Assembly (NCBI GenBank): GCA_964373665.1 | Contig: CAYJVM010000002.1 | Location: forward strand, 8,923 to 72,922 | DNA length: 64,000 nt | Source: an uncultured archaeon | GTDB lineage: Archaea > Aenigmatarchaeota > Aenigmatarchaeia > CG10238-14 > SCSR01 | Direction: 5' to 3' | Part shown: positions 21,025-31,259 of the stretch, piece after piece | Numbering within the stretch: the stretch's first letter is position 1 | Layout of the letters: every line of letters starts with the position of its first letter | The notes under the pieces: model-generated | Databases searched by the model: none | Told to the model about the DNA's origin: nothing | What the model saw: the letters and a program-made list of their open reading frames with translations, nothing else | Position numbers and translations under genes: made by a program

Positions 21025-22100
21025 GACCCAGTTTTTAGTAATTTTTTGTACAGCTTAATATGCCTATCGGCTATGGCAGGCCAATTTGCAATATTTCTGT
21101 AACGATTGATGTTTTTCAGGTAGTGGGAATAGTTTCTATAGATTTTTTTCACAGCTTCCGCTATTTGTTTCGAGTTTCCCACATTCACCACTAATCCACA
21201 TTTTGACGCCTTAACAGTCTCTTCTATAGGGCCTTTCGTCCTAGTGACAACTACCGGGACTTTGTAGGAGAACGCCTCATTCAGGATACCCGATTGGTAA
21301 GGTGCCCACAGGTAGGGCAATACTACAAAATTGGCCTCTTCATAAAGGTCAGATTTTTCATCCTCGCTTATCCAACCATAGCCTATCTTTATGTTTCCCA
21401 GATTGTTTCCAGCTATCCTATCTTCAAGCGTCTTCGCATACGATGCATTTATAACCTCCCCTTTAATTACCAGATTGAAGTCAGGCAACTGTTTCATCGC
21501 GTCAATCAGGTATTCCAATCCTTTCTCAGGGTTTATTCTGCCTTGAAAAAGGATGTTTTTTCCTTTCTTCTTTGTGACGTCAAACTTGTGAAGTCCATAT
21601 GGTATGTATACAGCTTCGTTTCTATCGTTGGAAATTGTGGCTATCTGACTCTTGCCATGCACAATGGATTTGTCGGCTTTTCTTGACATCTCACCTTCAA
21701 AGTTTTTAACGAGAAAGTCTTTCACCCCCCTTGTTTCTGTATGGACTTCGTGAAATGTCACTACTTTCTTGATGTCCAAATCCATCAGTTTTGTCAATTT
21801 CATGTTTACGGAAAGTGTCTTCAAGTGCAAGAGTGGCTTGAACTTGGCATCTAGATTCAAATATCGTCCGCTAGTTATGTACTGGATGTGCAGGATGTTC
21901 AATCTTTCCCTTTGTATTACATCCTTGACAGTCCCAATAAAATCTCCGGCCAAGTCAACCTTATAGTCGCATTTAGATTCTCCCCATCCTATTGAAATCG
22001 CGTGGCATCTTTTCTTCAATTCGTCCAGCAAATCTTGTGAATAAAGCGCTATCCCGGTCTCGGGAAAGAATTTGCTTAAAAGGCCAACGCGGATTTCCAT
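21021..22100 (-). CDS. glycosyltransferase family 4 (group 1)
   Basis: GT-B fold, C-terminal nucleotide-sugar binding region; overlaps neighbours by 4 nt (operon). Confidence 0.65.
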   Translation of the reverse strand: MEIRVGLLSKFFPETGIALYSQDLLDELKKRCHAISIGWGESKCDYKVDLAGDFIGTVKDVIQRERLNILHIQYITSGRYLNLDAKFKPLLHLKTLSVNMKLTKLMDLDIKKVVTFHEVHTETRGVKDFLVKNFEGEMSRKADKSIVHGKSQIATISNDRNEAVYIPYGLHKFDVTKKKGKNILFQGRINPEKGLEYLIDAMKQLPDFNLVIKGEVINASYAKTLEDRIAGNNLGNIKIGYGWISEDEKSDLYEEANFVVLPYLWAPYQSGILNEAFSYKVPVVVTRTKGPIEETVKASKCGLVVNVGNSKQIAEAVKKIYRNYSHYLKNINRYRNIANWPAIADRHIKLYKKLLKTGS

Positions 22101-22142
22101 ATTAACAACCTATCAAATGGAAGAGACATGATGTGACACGAG

Positions 22143-23129
22143 CTAATTTTCCTTGTCTCCATAATCTTCAAGTAAATATTTGTAGAAATCTTTTTTTGTA
22201 CTTTTTAGGATTTCACATTTGTTGAAAGCCTTTTCCAGTACATCTTCCATTCCATTTTCTATAAACTGCGGGTCAATGTTGTTCAAGTATGAGTATGCCA
22301 AAAATGTCTCTTTCGCAAAGAAATTGCTGAACAAAGAGTGTATGGTAGATGAAATAGTTTTAATTATTGCGGACTTTTTGTCTATTTTTTGTCTTCCTTC
22401 ACCCCATTCCAAGAAATAAACTTTCTCCAGATCACCACCCTTATCTATAGGCAGCAATTTCGAGAGGTCCACTCTCAGATTTGGGTCGACGTACAAGTAC
22501 AAAGGCGGCATTTTTGATATTACGTACTTGAATAAAAGCTTCATTCTGTTGAGAGGCGACAGTCTGACGTTATGCACATTCTTCGAATGGAAATAAATCC
22601 CGGCCTTCTCTGGGAAAGAAAACACCCTGCCATTCTTACCAACGATTACTGTATCATCTCCTAGGACACCAAAGTTTTGTTTTGCAAGACCGAAAATCGT
22701 AGAAGATTTACCCATCTCCGACCATGCCGCTATGATGAATGCTTTGTCACCCTTTGTAAGGCCGCCTGAATGCACGAAAGTGTAGCCTTTTTGCAGAAGC
22801 TTTACCTGAATGATAAAGTCAATCATCGCATCTACGCCAAACATACTATGCGTGAATTTTGTAAAATGAAATTCAGTCCTCTTTCCGAGCAAGTCTTTTA
22901 TCAACAATTTCTGTATTGGTCTTCCGTAAAACGGATATTCAAGAAAAAGGTTGCCGTCCCCACCAAAAAACTTTAAACCCAGCTTGCCGTATTTTGAAGT
23001 GTCAAAATCAAAGTTCCCCTGCTTTATTACAATGTCGACATGCTTCGGCTTGCCTTCAAAATAGTCCGGCAATATTTTGATATTCGACTCTATGCCTATG
23101 ATATCATGGATATTGTAATACATTTTCAT
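22143..23129 (-). CDS. HprK-like P-loop protein (HPr kinase C-terminal domain-like), function unknown
   Basis: AAWSEMGKSSTIFGLAKQNFGVLGDDTVIV resembles HprK Walker A GxSGxGKSE ... LVADD. Confidence 0.4.
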   Translation of the reverse strand: MKMYYNIHDIIGIESNIKILPDYFEGKPKHVDIVIKQGNFDFDTSKYGKLGLKFFGGDGNLFLEYPFYGRPIQKLLIKDLLGKRTEFHFTKFTHSMFGVDAMIDFIIQVKLLQKGYTFVHSGGLTKGDKAFIIAAWSEMGKSSTIFGLAKQNFGVLGDDTVIVGKNGRVFSFPEKAGIYFHSKNVHNVRLSPLNRMKLLFKYVISKMPPLYLYVDPNLRVDLSKLLPIDKGGDLEKVYFLEWGEGRQKIDKKSAIIKTISSTIHSLFSNFFAKETFLAYSYLNNIDPQFIENGMEDVLEKAFNKCEILKSTKKDFYKYLLEDYGDKEN

Positions 23130-23199
23130 CCTCTATAACTAATTCAACCAAAGGTTAAAATACTTAGCCTTTGAGTAATTTTATCGAGTGTTTGGTTAA

Positions 23200-24366
23200 A
23201 TGAAAATAATGATATCTTCTGATCTGGCGCCACCATATTTGGGTGGCGGCGAGACTTATACTCTCAACTTGGGCAAAGGGCTTGTTAAACTTGGACACGA
23301 TGTCCATTGGTTGACTTCTAGCATACCAAACACAATGTCTGAAGACATAATGGAGGGTATAAATGTGCACAGGGTTCCTATACTGTACCCTTCCAAATAC
23401 CTTTTCCCAGGCAGGCAGTCATTTGCTTTAACGTCGATTTTGAAAGGGATAAGGTTGGCTAGGAAGATGGATATTGTTCAGATAAATACTCTTGTACCTG
23501 GTTTGACAGGTTGGATGATTTCAAAGTATGCGAAAAAGCCTTCTGTATTGTATTGCCATGAGTTCTTCAACGAACTGTGGCGTAAAATAGGACAGAACAC
23601 GATTGAAAAATATCTTTATCCTCTAACCGAAAAGCTGATGTCCAAGTCGCCTTACGATTGGTTTGCATGCCCGTCTGAGTATTCGAAGACAACTCTAGAA
23701 ATCAATGGCGTACCTTCAGAAAAAATAACAGTAATACCACACGGTGTTGATGATAAAGTTGATGGTAAGGTAGGTGATTACAAAAAGGAACTCGGCCTGG
23801 AAAACAACTTGATAATAGGTTATATTGGTAGGTTGTCGGTGAAGAAAACAGGACAATCAAAAAATCTGGTTACTTTACTCAAGTCTGTAAAAATTGTTTC
23901 GGAAAAAATGCCGAACGTCAAGCTAGTAATGGTTGGCTCTGGTTATGGTGAGCTTGTACCTTATATTAAGGGCCTAAGACTCGAAAACAATGTTGTATAT
24001 TTGGGAAAGATACCGCAAGAAGATGTGGCAAGATTCTTTAGGATGTGTGATGTTGTAGTATGTCCTGCATTGAGCGATGGTTTTTGCTTCCTGCTTGCTG
24101 ATGCAAGCTATTATGGTGTCGCGACTGTCGGCACGAATATGGGCTCGCATCCAGAAAGGATAGACGATAGCGTCACTGGATTTTTGTCGTCAGAAACTGC
24201 AGAAAATATAGCAGATAAAATCATCACGCTTCTAAAAGATGAAAACTTGAGGAGAAAACTGGGCTTCAATGGAGCCGAAAAATATAAAAGCTTCACTTGG
24301 GAGAAGACAGCGAAAAAGCATTTGGAGATGTATGAAAACGTTATTAAGCAAAAGGTTGATATTTAA
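23200..24366 (+). CDS. glycosyltransferase family 4 (group 1)
   Basis: GT-B fold with conserved C-terminal GT4 region. Confidence 0.7.
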   Translation: MKIMISSDLAPPYLGGGETYTLNLGKGLVKLGHDVHWLTSSIPNTMSEDIMEGINVHRVPILYPSKYLFPGRQSFALTSILKGIRLARKMDIVQINTLVPGLTGWMISKYAKKPSVLYCHEFFNELWRKIGQNTIEKYLYPLTEKLMSKSPYDWFACPSEYSKTTLEINGVPSEKITVIPHGVDDKVDGKVGDYKKELGLENNLIIGYIGRLSVKKTGQSKNLVTLLKSVKIVSEKMPNVKLVMVGSGYGELVPYIKGLRLENNVVYLGKIPQEDVARFFRMCDVVVCPALSDGFCFLLADASYYGVATVGTNMGSHPERIDDSVTGFLSSETAENIADKIITLLKDENLRRKLGFNGAEKYKSFTWEKTAKKHLEMYENVIKQKVDI

Positions 24367-24378
24367 GAAATCCGAGCG

Positions 24379-26499
24379 ATGACAATGAAGGTGAAAATAG
24401 ATAGAAAAGCTGCTTTGACTACCTTAGCTACTCTACTCGGTCTACTTTTAATAATTTTCATAAGCGTGCAAATTAGATCAGGTACATTATCATCCCCCAC
24501 TGTTCTAGATTATGATCCTTGGTGGTTCTATAGGCATGCGAAGGAAATTGTAGATAACGACTATAAAATACCAAGCTGGGACCTACTAAGCTACTATCCA
24601 CCTGGAAGACCTTACTCTATATATCAAGGATGGTCATTTACCATAGCATACATGTATAAGGTGCTCAACAACTTCATGACAATCGACCTTATGCAGGTAG
24701 CGAAATTGGCACCAATAATAATGGTAGCACTGACCACGATACCAGCGTTTTTGCTCGGTAGGATGCTTTCTAACAACATAGGTGGTTTGTTAACTGCGTT
24801 GTTCGCCGTTATGTCCCCTAGTTTCATCGTGGTGTCTATGGCAGGCTATGTAGACACAGATGTTGTTGTAAACTTTTACCTTTTCCTCTCGCTTCTGGCA
24901 ATCGTTACCACAATCAAATTCTCCAAAAATCTTTTGGGTTCCATACCACTCTATGCAGTGAGCGTTATTTCAATTCTTTTGTTCGCATTCAACTGGAGCG
25001 CTGGTTGGCTGCCACTGATACTTTTCACTGCATTCATCCCGGCTTTCATAGCATTCAGAATACTTGAAGACATCATTCACCAAAGGAGGTTCAGAGTTCA
25101 TTGGAAAAATCTCGTTCCTGATATAAAGTCGATAATAATACCCATTTTCATAATACTCATCATAACAAACACCCTAGGATTCATAATTTTTCAGAGGACA
25201 ATGATACAGTCCTTCATTGGTGGGTTAACTTTCACAGGCATTGGGGGTGAACCCTTGATTGTAAATATTTCCGTCGCAGAACTTCAGACAGTACAGATTT
25301 TCACCAAAGATGGTTTCCTTTCGGTCGCAAATAGAGTTGGAATACTTCCCACAATCATGACACTTTTTGGATTGCCATCGCTTGTTGTGTACAAGATTAT
25401 CAGGAGGGAAAAAATTAATTTTATTGAAATTTTCCTGTTTATGTGGACTGTGATATCATTTTATCTCATTCTGAAAGGAACCAGATTCCAGCTATTGTTC
25501 AGCACAGCAACAGCTTTGTCAGGTGGTTATGTAATTGGAAATCTATTCGGCTATCTGAAGAGCAGAAATACGGTGATTTTCGCCACGACTTTTGCTGTTA
25601 TAGGAGTTCTTTTATTCACATCTATTTCATCTGCTATGCAGATAGGTCAATCATCGAGGGATTTGGTCATCAGCCAAAACTGGTACGACGCTTTGGATTG
25701 GTTGAAGGAAAACGCCGATAAGAATTCCATGGTTGCCACTTGGTGGGATCCAGGTCATATCATCTCAGGGTATACTGGATTGAAGAGCCATGCGGATGGT
25801 GCACATTGTTGGTATGGGGACTGCATACCATACGATCACAATATAAGAATACGTGATATGGGGAGAATCATGTCTTCAAATAATGAAGATGAATCTATAG
25901 ACATTATAAGGAAATATGTGCATCTCACAGATGAACAATGCGGTTTGGCTAGAAAGACACACGGGACCAAGATGCCGGATGATGCGTGCAAAGACATTTC
26001 AGAAGTGTATGTATTGGCCACCAATGATTTGATAGGAAAATACTATTGGATGAGCTGTTTCGGCAGCTTCGATATGAACTTGTGGAAATCCACAGGCGGA
26101 AAGCAGTGGAAGTGCGACGGTAAAAATTACCAGATCCTTCCATTAACACGTCTGGATGTTCCAGTTTATCAATCCGGCGGCATTTCTGTAACTTTACTAC
26201 AGAACGGCACTGAGGTGGTTGCTGTATTAAGTGCACCAGGTCAGGGAATCAGAAATGTAATTGTGAAGGATTTGGTGTATTATCAAAATGGTCAAATAGT
26301 CAGATCCAATGTTTCTGGGAACGATACGCTTGATGCAATGGTTTTGATTGACCCAACTTTCAGGTCGGCTTTCCTTATGGACCCCTCGATAAGAGACTCT
26401 GTCTTTACAGACATGTTTTTCTTTGGGGGGAGCAGTCTGGAGAATTTCGAACTGGTGTATGCAAACCCAGAAGTAAAGATATTTAAGGCGAAACTGTAG
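24379..26499 (+). CDS. aglB: archaeal oligosaccharyltransferase AglB (STT3 family)
   Basis: 13-TM N-terminal domain plus periplasmic domain with WWDPGH (WWDYG-type) catalytic motif. Confidence 0.85.
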   Translation: MTMKVKIDRKAALTTLATLLGLLLIIFISVQIRSGTLSSPTVLDYDPWWFYRHAKEIVDNDYKIPSWDLLSYYPPGRPYSIYQGWSFTIAYMYKVLNNFMTIDLMQVAKLAPIIMVALTTIPAFLLGRMLSNNIGGLLTALFAVMSPSFIVVSMAGYVDTDVVVNFYLFLSLLAIVTTIKFSKNLLGSIPLYAVSVISILLFAFNWSAGWLPLILFTAFIPAFIAFRILEDIIHQRRFRVHWKNLVPDIKSIIIPIFIILIITNTLGFIIFQRTMIQSFIGGLTFTGIGGEPLIVNISVAELQTVQIFTKDGFLSVANRVGILPTIMTLFGLPSLVVYKIIRREKINFIEIFLFMWTVISFYLILKGTRFQLLFSTATALSGGYVIGNLFGYLKSRNTVIFATTFAVIGVLLFTSISSAMQIGQSSRDLVISQNWYDALDWLKENADKNSMVATWWDPGHIISGYTGLKSHADGAHCWYGDCIPYDHNIRIRDMGRIMSSNNEDESIDIIRKYVHLTDEQCGLARKTHGTKMPDDACKDISEVYVLATNDLIGKYYWMSCFGSFDMNLWKSTGGKQWKCDGKNYQILPLTRLDVPVYQSGGISVTLLQNGTEVVAVLSAPGQGIRNVIVKDLVYYQNGQIVRSNVSGNDTLDAMVLIDPTFRSAFLMDPSIRDSVFTDMFFFGGSSLENFELVYANPEVKIFKAKL

Positions 26500-26509
26500 T
26501 GAAGTTTTT

Positions 26510-26743
26510 ATGAAAAGGCATCTTGAAAGATTGAAAGGTAGAGACAATCTGGAAACGGCAGAGAACTATTGTGTAACTGCCATAATCTTAGGAGTTATAA
26601 TATTGTCTTTGGGAATCGGGCTTAATGCTATTAGCACAAAGGGGGCCACAATGCTTTTGGCTATGTTTGGAGCTGTCGTTAGTTTTCTTGCAACTATTGC
26701 ACTGATTGTAGTTTGGGTAATCAGAGAATTTAAGGAGAAATGA
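26510..26743 (+). CDS. small 2-TM membrane protein
   Basis: two hydrophobic helices; 77 aa. Confidence 0.4.
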   Translation: MKRHLERLKGRDNLETAENYCVTAIILGVIILSLGIGLNAISTKGATMLLAMFGAVVSFLATIALIVVWVIREFKEK

Positions 26744-26785
26744 AATCAAACCCAATAGGAAAATCAAAAAACTTCAATTAAGGTA

Positions 26786-26797
26786 ACTATTTATACC
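26786..26797 (+). promoter_or_regulatory. BRE/TATA box for histone gene (leaderless)
   Basis: aactatttatacc about 25 bp upstream of ATG 26818. Confidence 0.5.
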
Positions 26798-26817
26798 ACC
26801 CGACATTAATTTTATTC

Positions 26818-27027
26818 ATGGCTAACATACTCCCAAAACTTCCTTTCGAAAGAACGTTGAAAAAAGTAGGCGCAAAGCGAGTCTCGCAAGAAGCGCTGGA
26901 AGAACTCGCAACAGTAATGGAAGACAGGTTGCTTGCAGTTGCCAAAGACGCGGTTGAGCTGGCCAAGCATGCTGGAAGGAAGACCATAATTGCCGAGGAC
27001 ATACGCCTCAGCAGAAAAAAGCCTTAA
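26818..27027 (+). CDS. archaeal histone (HMfA/B family)
   Basis: 69 aa histone fold; [57 protein letters not shown]. Confidence 0.9.
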   Translation: MANILPKLPFERTLKKVGAKRVSQEALEELATVMEDRLLAVAKDAVELAKHAGRKTIIAEDIRLSRKKP

Positions 27028-27055
27028 TTTATTTTTAAAACCCCAAACAATACTC

Positions 27056-28060
27056 ATGAATTCATTCGACTATCTGGTCAAAGAGTTGGAAGCCAAGTCG
27101 CATATGGAAAAGCAGGAAATTTTGGGTCACATCGACAATAAATACAATGAAATGGAATCGTTAATAACAAAGGAAGGTGCAGTTTATCTAGTGGCAAAGG
27201 AGCTAGGAATAAACCTTATGGGGGAATATAAAATGCAAATCAAAGACGTTGCACTTGGAATGAAAAATGTGGGCATAACAGGACGGATTTTCAAGATCTC
27301 CAAAATAAACGAGTTCCAAAAATCTGGCAGGAAAGGCAGGGTGTCCAATGTTTTTCTGGGGGACAGCACAGGTATCATCAGAATTCCTTTATGGGATGAT
27401 CAGGTTAAGCTAGTCGAGGATGGACTGGTGACTGTCGGCGACATAGTTAAAATCGGCAACGGTTTCGTTAGAGAAAACATGTTCGGCGACAAGGAAATCT
27501 CTCTTGGTAAATACGGTTCGATAAACCATGTTCAAGAGTTTGTTGCACTGCCCTCAGTTGAGGAATTGTCAAACATGCTTGCAAATCCAATGCCGGAGAG
27601 AACTAGGATATCAGATCTGGTTTCCAGCGGCATTTTCGAAATCAGGGGATCTATAGTTCAGTTGTTTAAAGGGAATTATCTATTTAACATATGCCCTGTT
27701 TGTGAAAACAAGATGGCCGACAAATGTGTAGAACATGGAGGAGTACCTCCGAACCATGCAATGATAGTTTCATTTGTAATCGACGATGGCACTTCTGACA
27801 TAAGGTGCGTTTTATTCAGGGAAACTGCTGAAAGGTTTTTGCAAATCTCTTCAGAGAGCCTAGCCGAGCTGAATCCAGATCAGAGGTTTGAGATGATAAA
27901 GGACAAAGTCCTCGGAAGGGAAATGCTTTTCAGAGGAAGGGTGAAAAAGAACAAGATATTCGATAATTTGGAAATGACAGTCAACGAATTTGAAGATATA
28001 AATGCTTTGGAAGAGAGTAAAAGATTAATCAATGAAATAGAAATCATGCAAGGTGGTTAA
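27056..28060 (+). CDS. replication protein A-like ssDNA-binding protein (OB folds + Zn ribbon)
   Basis: OB-fold repeats and CPVCENK...CVEHGG zinc ribbon; start moved to ATG 27056 to avoid overlap with histone. Confidence 0.6.
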   Translation: MNSFDYLVKELEAKSHMEKQEILGHIDNKYNEMESLITKEGAVYLVAKELGINLMGEYKMQIKDVALGMKNVGITGRIFKISKINEFQKSGRKGRVSNVFLGDSTGIIRIPLWDDQVKLVEDGLVTVGDIVKIGNGFVRENMFGDKEISLGKYGSINHVQEFVALPSVEELSNMLANPMPERTRISDLVSSGIFEIRGSIVQLFKGNYLFNICPVCENKMADKCVEHGGVPPNHAMIVSFVIDDGTSDIRCVLFRETAERFLQISSESLAELNPDQRFEMIKDKVLGREMLFRGRVKKNKIFDNLEMTVNEFEDINALEESKRLINEIEIMQGG

Positions 28061-29009
28061 TTTGGTGAAAAAAGATTTCTCATTAGAAGACCTGCCTGGG
28101 GTTGGCACAAAGATTGCCGAGAAGCTGAAGAATATCGGTTATACAGATCCTATGGTGATTGCTGTTACTTCCCCTACAGAGCTGGCAAATATTGCTGATA
28201 TAGGCGAGGGTCAGGCAGGTAAAATAATTACCGCTGTAAGAGAAATGCTGAACATTGGCTATGAGACTGCGGATAAAATTTTGGAGAAAAGAAGCACTGT
28301 CGCAAAAATGACCACAGGGAGCAAGGCACTCGATGATCTTCTCGGAGGAGGCGTGGAAACACAGGCCATAACAGAGGCTTACGGGCAATACGGTTCTGGG
28401 AAGAGCCAACTAGGGTTCCAGCTTGCATGCTCTGTTCAGTTGCCAAAGGACAAAGGCGGTTTGGACGGTGCGTGTCTATACATCGACAGCGAGAACACTT
28501 TCCGCCCAGAAAGGATAGTCCAGATGGCGCGCGCGTTGAAACTCGAGCCTGAAAAGGTTTTGAAGAAAATTTACGTTGCACGTTCATTCAACACCGAGCA
28601 CCAAATACTGCTGATAGACAAAGCACCTGAGGTTATCGAGGAAAAGAAAATTAAGTTGATTGTTGTCGATTCCTTGACATCTCATTTTCGGGCTGATTTC
28701 GTCGGAAGAGGCGAACTCGCTGGAAGGCAACAAAAGTTGAACAAGCACTTGCACCAACTGCAACGTTTGGCGGACGCCTACAATGTCGCAGTCTATATCA
28801 CAAACCAAGTAATGTCCAGGCCGGATATCTTGTTTGGGGATCCAACCACTTTTGTAGGTGGCCATGTGCTGGCTCATGCGGCGACTTATCGGATGTACCT
28901 GAGAAGAGGTAAGGAAGGGACTAGAATCGCCAGAATGGTTGACGCCCCAAATTTAATGGAAGGCGAGGCAGTCTTCAAGATACTTGAAAGTGGACTGTCT
29001 GACGTCTAG
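28053..29009 (+). CDS. radA: DNA repair and recombination protein RadA
   Basis: N-terminal HhH LEDLPGVGTKIAEKLKNIGY; Walker A GQYGSGKSQL; RecA fold. Confidence 0.9.
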   Translation: MVNLVKKDFSLEDLPGVGTKIAEKLKNIGYTDPMVIAVTSPTELANIADIGEGQAGKIITAVREMLNIGYETADKILEKRSTVAKMTTGSKALDDLLGGGVETQAITEAYGQYGSGKSQLGFQLACSVQLPKDKGGLDGACLYIDSENTFRPERIVQMARALKLEPEKVLKKIYVARSFNTEHQILLIDKAPEVIEEKKIKLIVVDSLTSHFRADFVGRGELAGRQQKLNKHLHQLQRLADAYNVAVYITNQVMSRPDILFGDPTTFVGGHVLAHAATYRMYLRRGKEGTRIARMVDAPNLMEGEAVFKILESGLSDV

Positions 29010-29572
29010 ACTAGCTTTGGCATTACTTGCATAAGTAACAAAGCGTTAATAGCAGTGTTCCCTATCACATATGGCAGGTATCGCATCCCACGTTCTTTTT
29101 CCACCACGAAAGTTAAAAGCAGGTTGATTGTATTAAAAGACCCAACGATTAATACACCGGTCATGCCTATTATTCCTGCCTTCAAAACACCCGATGCGAT
29201 CCCCAATACGGCGTATTCGGGCAACAACCATACCAAGTAAGGGCCGATGTAGTAACGACCGATAATTAAATGCATAAGCAATATCGCAACTGCGTATACA
29301 GCCCCCACCATAGCTCCAAATGTCACACCGATATATATGGTCGATAGAGTTACCAATTCAATACCCACATATTTTAGAGGTTTTGCAAAACCAAGCAAAA
29401 ACGCCATAGTCAGAGTGACCAAGACGGCACCGAAAATTAGCAGGATGTCACCTAAAAGTAGAAGAAGAACACCAACTGTCAGTATTCCAGCCAGAATTGT
29501 ATAAATTCTCCAATCGACCTTCATCGTTATTAAATAGTTTGCGATAGCTTTTAATTTATGCAAGTCTTGCAC
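29006..29572 (-). CDS. polytopic membrane protein, unknown function
   Basis: 5-6 hydrophobic helices. Confidence 0.4.
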   Translation of the reverse strand: MQDLHKLKAIANYLITMKVDWRIYTILAGILTVGVLLLLLGDILLIFGAVLVTLTMAFLLGFAKPLKYVGIELVTLSTIYIGVTFGAMVGAVYAVAILLMHLIIGRYYIGPYLVWLLPEYAVLGIASGVLKAGIIGMTGVLIVGSFNTINLLLTFVVEKERGMRYLPYVIGNTAINALLLMQVMPKLV

Positions 29573-30196
29573 CGAGGCGCTGAAAGTGTCGTGTATCTGG
29601 ACGAGTTTGAAGGACAGAAAGTCATGGTAAAGGAGAGGATACCGAAAAGATACAGGATAAGGCAGCTGGACGATGAGCTGAGGAAAACACGGACAAGGAA
29701 GGAGGTCAAACTTCTAACTGAAGTGAGGAAGCTTGGCATACCAACACCAAAGATATTCAATGTCGACGAGGAAAACCATAAAATAGCAATGGAATATCTG
29801 GAAGGGAAGACGCTGAAAGACTATATTGACTCTGCATCCAACAGTGAATTGGAAGATGTGTGCAGGCAACTAGGAAAAATTATAGGCAAACTTCATTCAA
29901 GCAACATCACCCATGGAGACTTGACAACGTCGAACATGATAGTGGTTGAAGGAAAAATCTATTTGATAGATCTGAGCTTAGGGGAATTTACGCAAAGGTT
30001 GGAGGACAAGGGAGTCGACTTGAAATTGCTCAAAGAGTCTGCCAAAGCCTCACATTTCAAAAAAATCGACTTGATTTGGAAAAACGTACTTTTAGGATAC
30101 ATGGTCGAGTACAAAAGCGCGCAGCAAGTTCTGGACCAGTTGTCGGAGATAGAAAAAAGGGTAAGGTACGCTAACAGGGACAACCTTAACCTTTAA
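29558..30196 (+). CDS. bud32: Bud32/PRPK atypical kinase (KEOPS subunit)
   Basis: GAESVVYLDEFEGQKVMVKERIPKRYR ... ITHGDLTTSNMIV ... YLIDLSLG RIO-like motifs. Confidence 0.8.
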   Translation: MQVLHRGAESVVYLDEFEGQKVMVKERIPKRYRIRQLDDELRKTRTRKEVKLLTEVRKLGIPTPKIFNVDEENHKIAMEYLEGKTLKDYIDSASNSELEDVCRQLGKIIGKLHSSNITHGDLTTSNMIVVEGKIYLIDLSLGEFTQRLEDKGVDLKLLKESAKASHFKKIDLIWKNVLLGYMVEYKSAQQVLDQLSEIEKRVRYANRDNLNL

Positions 30197-30208
30197 AGGG
30201 GTGCTTGG

Positions 30209-30218
30209 TTTAAATAAT
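30209..30218 (+). promoter_or_regulatory. TATA box for S15 gene
   Basis: tttaaataat about 25 bp upstream of ATG 30239. Confidence 0.4.
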
Positions 30219-30238
30219 TAACCTCATAAGTTTTTAGA

Positions 30239-30700
30239 ATGGCAAGAATCTATTCGGGAAAGAAAGGCAGGTCAGGCAGTCACAGGCCTCCGCATGTTGC
30301 TGTGCCAAAATGGATAAAATACAGTAAGGAGGATGTGGAAAGCTTGGTAGCCGACCTGGCCAAACAAAAGCATTCATCATCCATGATAGGCACTATTCTA
30401 AGGGATACTTACGGGATACCTGATTCGCAGGCCATAACTAAAAAGTCCGTAAGCTCAATAATGAAGGAAAATTCCATTTATCCTGAGATTCCTGAAGACT
30501 TGATGTTTCTGCTGAAAAAGTCTGTGAATTTAAGGCGCCATGTTTCCGGCAACAAGCAGGACAAGCATTCACGCCGTGGAATGCAGAATTTGGAATCTCA
30601 GATAAGGCGACTGGCTAAATATTATGTCAGCACAAAAAGACTGCCGGGTAATTGGAGATACGACCCAGAAAAGGCAAGACTCATAATCCAGAGAGGATGA
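30239..30700 (+). CDS. rps15: 30S ribosomal protein S15P/S13e (uS15)
   Basis: MARIYSGKKGRSGSHRP N-terminus and C-terminal uS15 helices. Confidence 0.85.
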   Translation: MARIYSGKKGRSGSHRPPHVAVPKWIKYSKEDVESLVADLAKQKHSSSMIGTILRDTYGIPDSQAITKKSVSSIMKENSIYPEIPEDLMFLLKKSVNLRRHVSGNKQDKHSRRGMQNLESQIRRLAKYYVSTKRLPGNWRYDPEKARLIIQRG

Positions 30701-30704
30701 TAGA

Positions 30705-31259
30705 ATGGCAGTCAAACTAAAAGGGAAGCAGTGGGTGCCTATAATCTCTCCGAAGGCTTTCGGAGAAAAGGAAATTGGAAAGGCACCGACCGCAGAACCT
30801 GAGAAACTCGTGGGTAAGAGGCTTGTTCTGAATGCACTTGAAGTTACAAACGACCTCAACAAATATTACATCAAGCTCAAGTTCAAGATATACGCTGTCA
30901 GTGGGAACAATGCATTGACCAGTTTCGACGGCTTTGAATGCATGCAGGACTATATCTCACGAATGGTTTTAAGGAGAATAAAGAGAATAGATTCTGTCCA
31001 AGATCTGAAGACTCGGGACAATGTAAAGCTTAGGGTGAAAAGCCTGACAGTTGTGTCAAAACGTGTCAGGACAAACGTCGAGATGAAAATAAGGGAATAT
31101 GTATCAGAAGTCATGAAAGAGGAAGTCGAAAACTCCACTCTTGAAGAGTTCCTGAACAAGGTCTTGACGAACTCCATAAAAAGCCGAATAATTAGGCAAG
31201 GCAGGACGATTTACCCTATACGGAATTTTGAAATCCGAAGGACTGACACCCTTAAATGA
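30705..31259 (+). CDS. rps3ae: 30S ribosomal protein S3Ae (eS1)
   Basis: KGKQWVPIISPKAFGEKEIGKAPTAEPEKLVGKRLVLNALEVTND typical of S3Ae. Confidence 0.85.
   Translation: MAVKLKGKQWVPIISPKAFGEKEIGKAPTAEPEKLVGKRLVLNALEVTNDLNKYYIKLKFKIYAVSGNNALTSFDGFECMQDYISRMVLRRIKRIDSVQDLKTRDNVKLRVKSLTVVSKRVRTNVEMKIREYVSEVMKEEVENSTLEEFLNKVLTNSIKSRIIRQGRTIYPIRNFEIRRTDTLK

Noticed and set aside
26990-27055. RPA-like ORF start at 26990 overlapping the histone gene
   Set aside because: An internal ATG at 27056 gives a non-overlapping gene with a plausible N-terminus. The overlap region has no conserved residues.
29558-30196. Bud32 without adjacent Kae1 as an anomaly
   Set aside because: Kae1 and Bud32 are unlinked in many archaea. 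Kae1 may simply lie outside the window.
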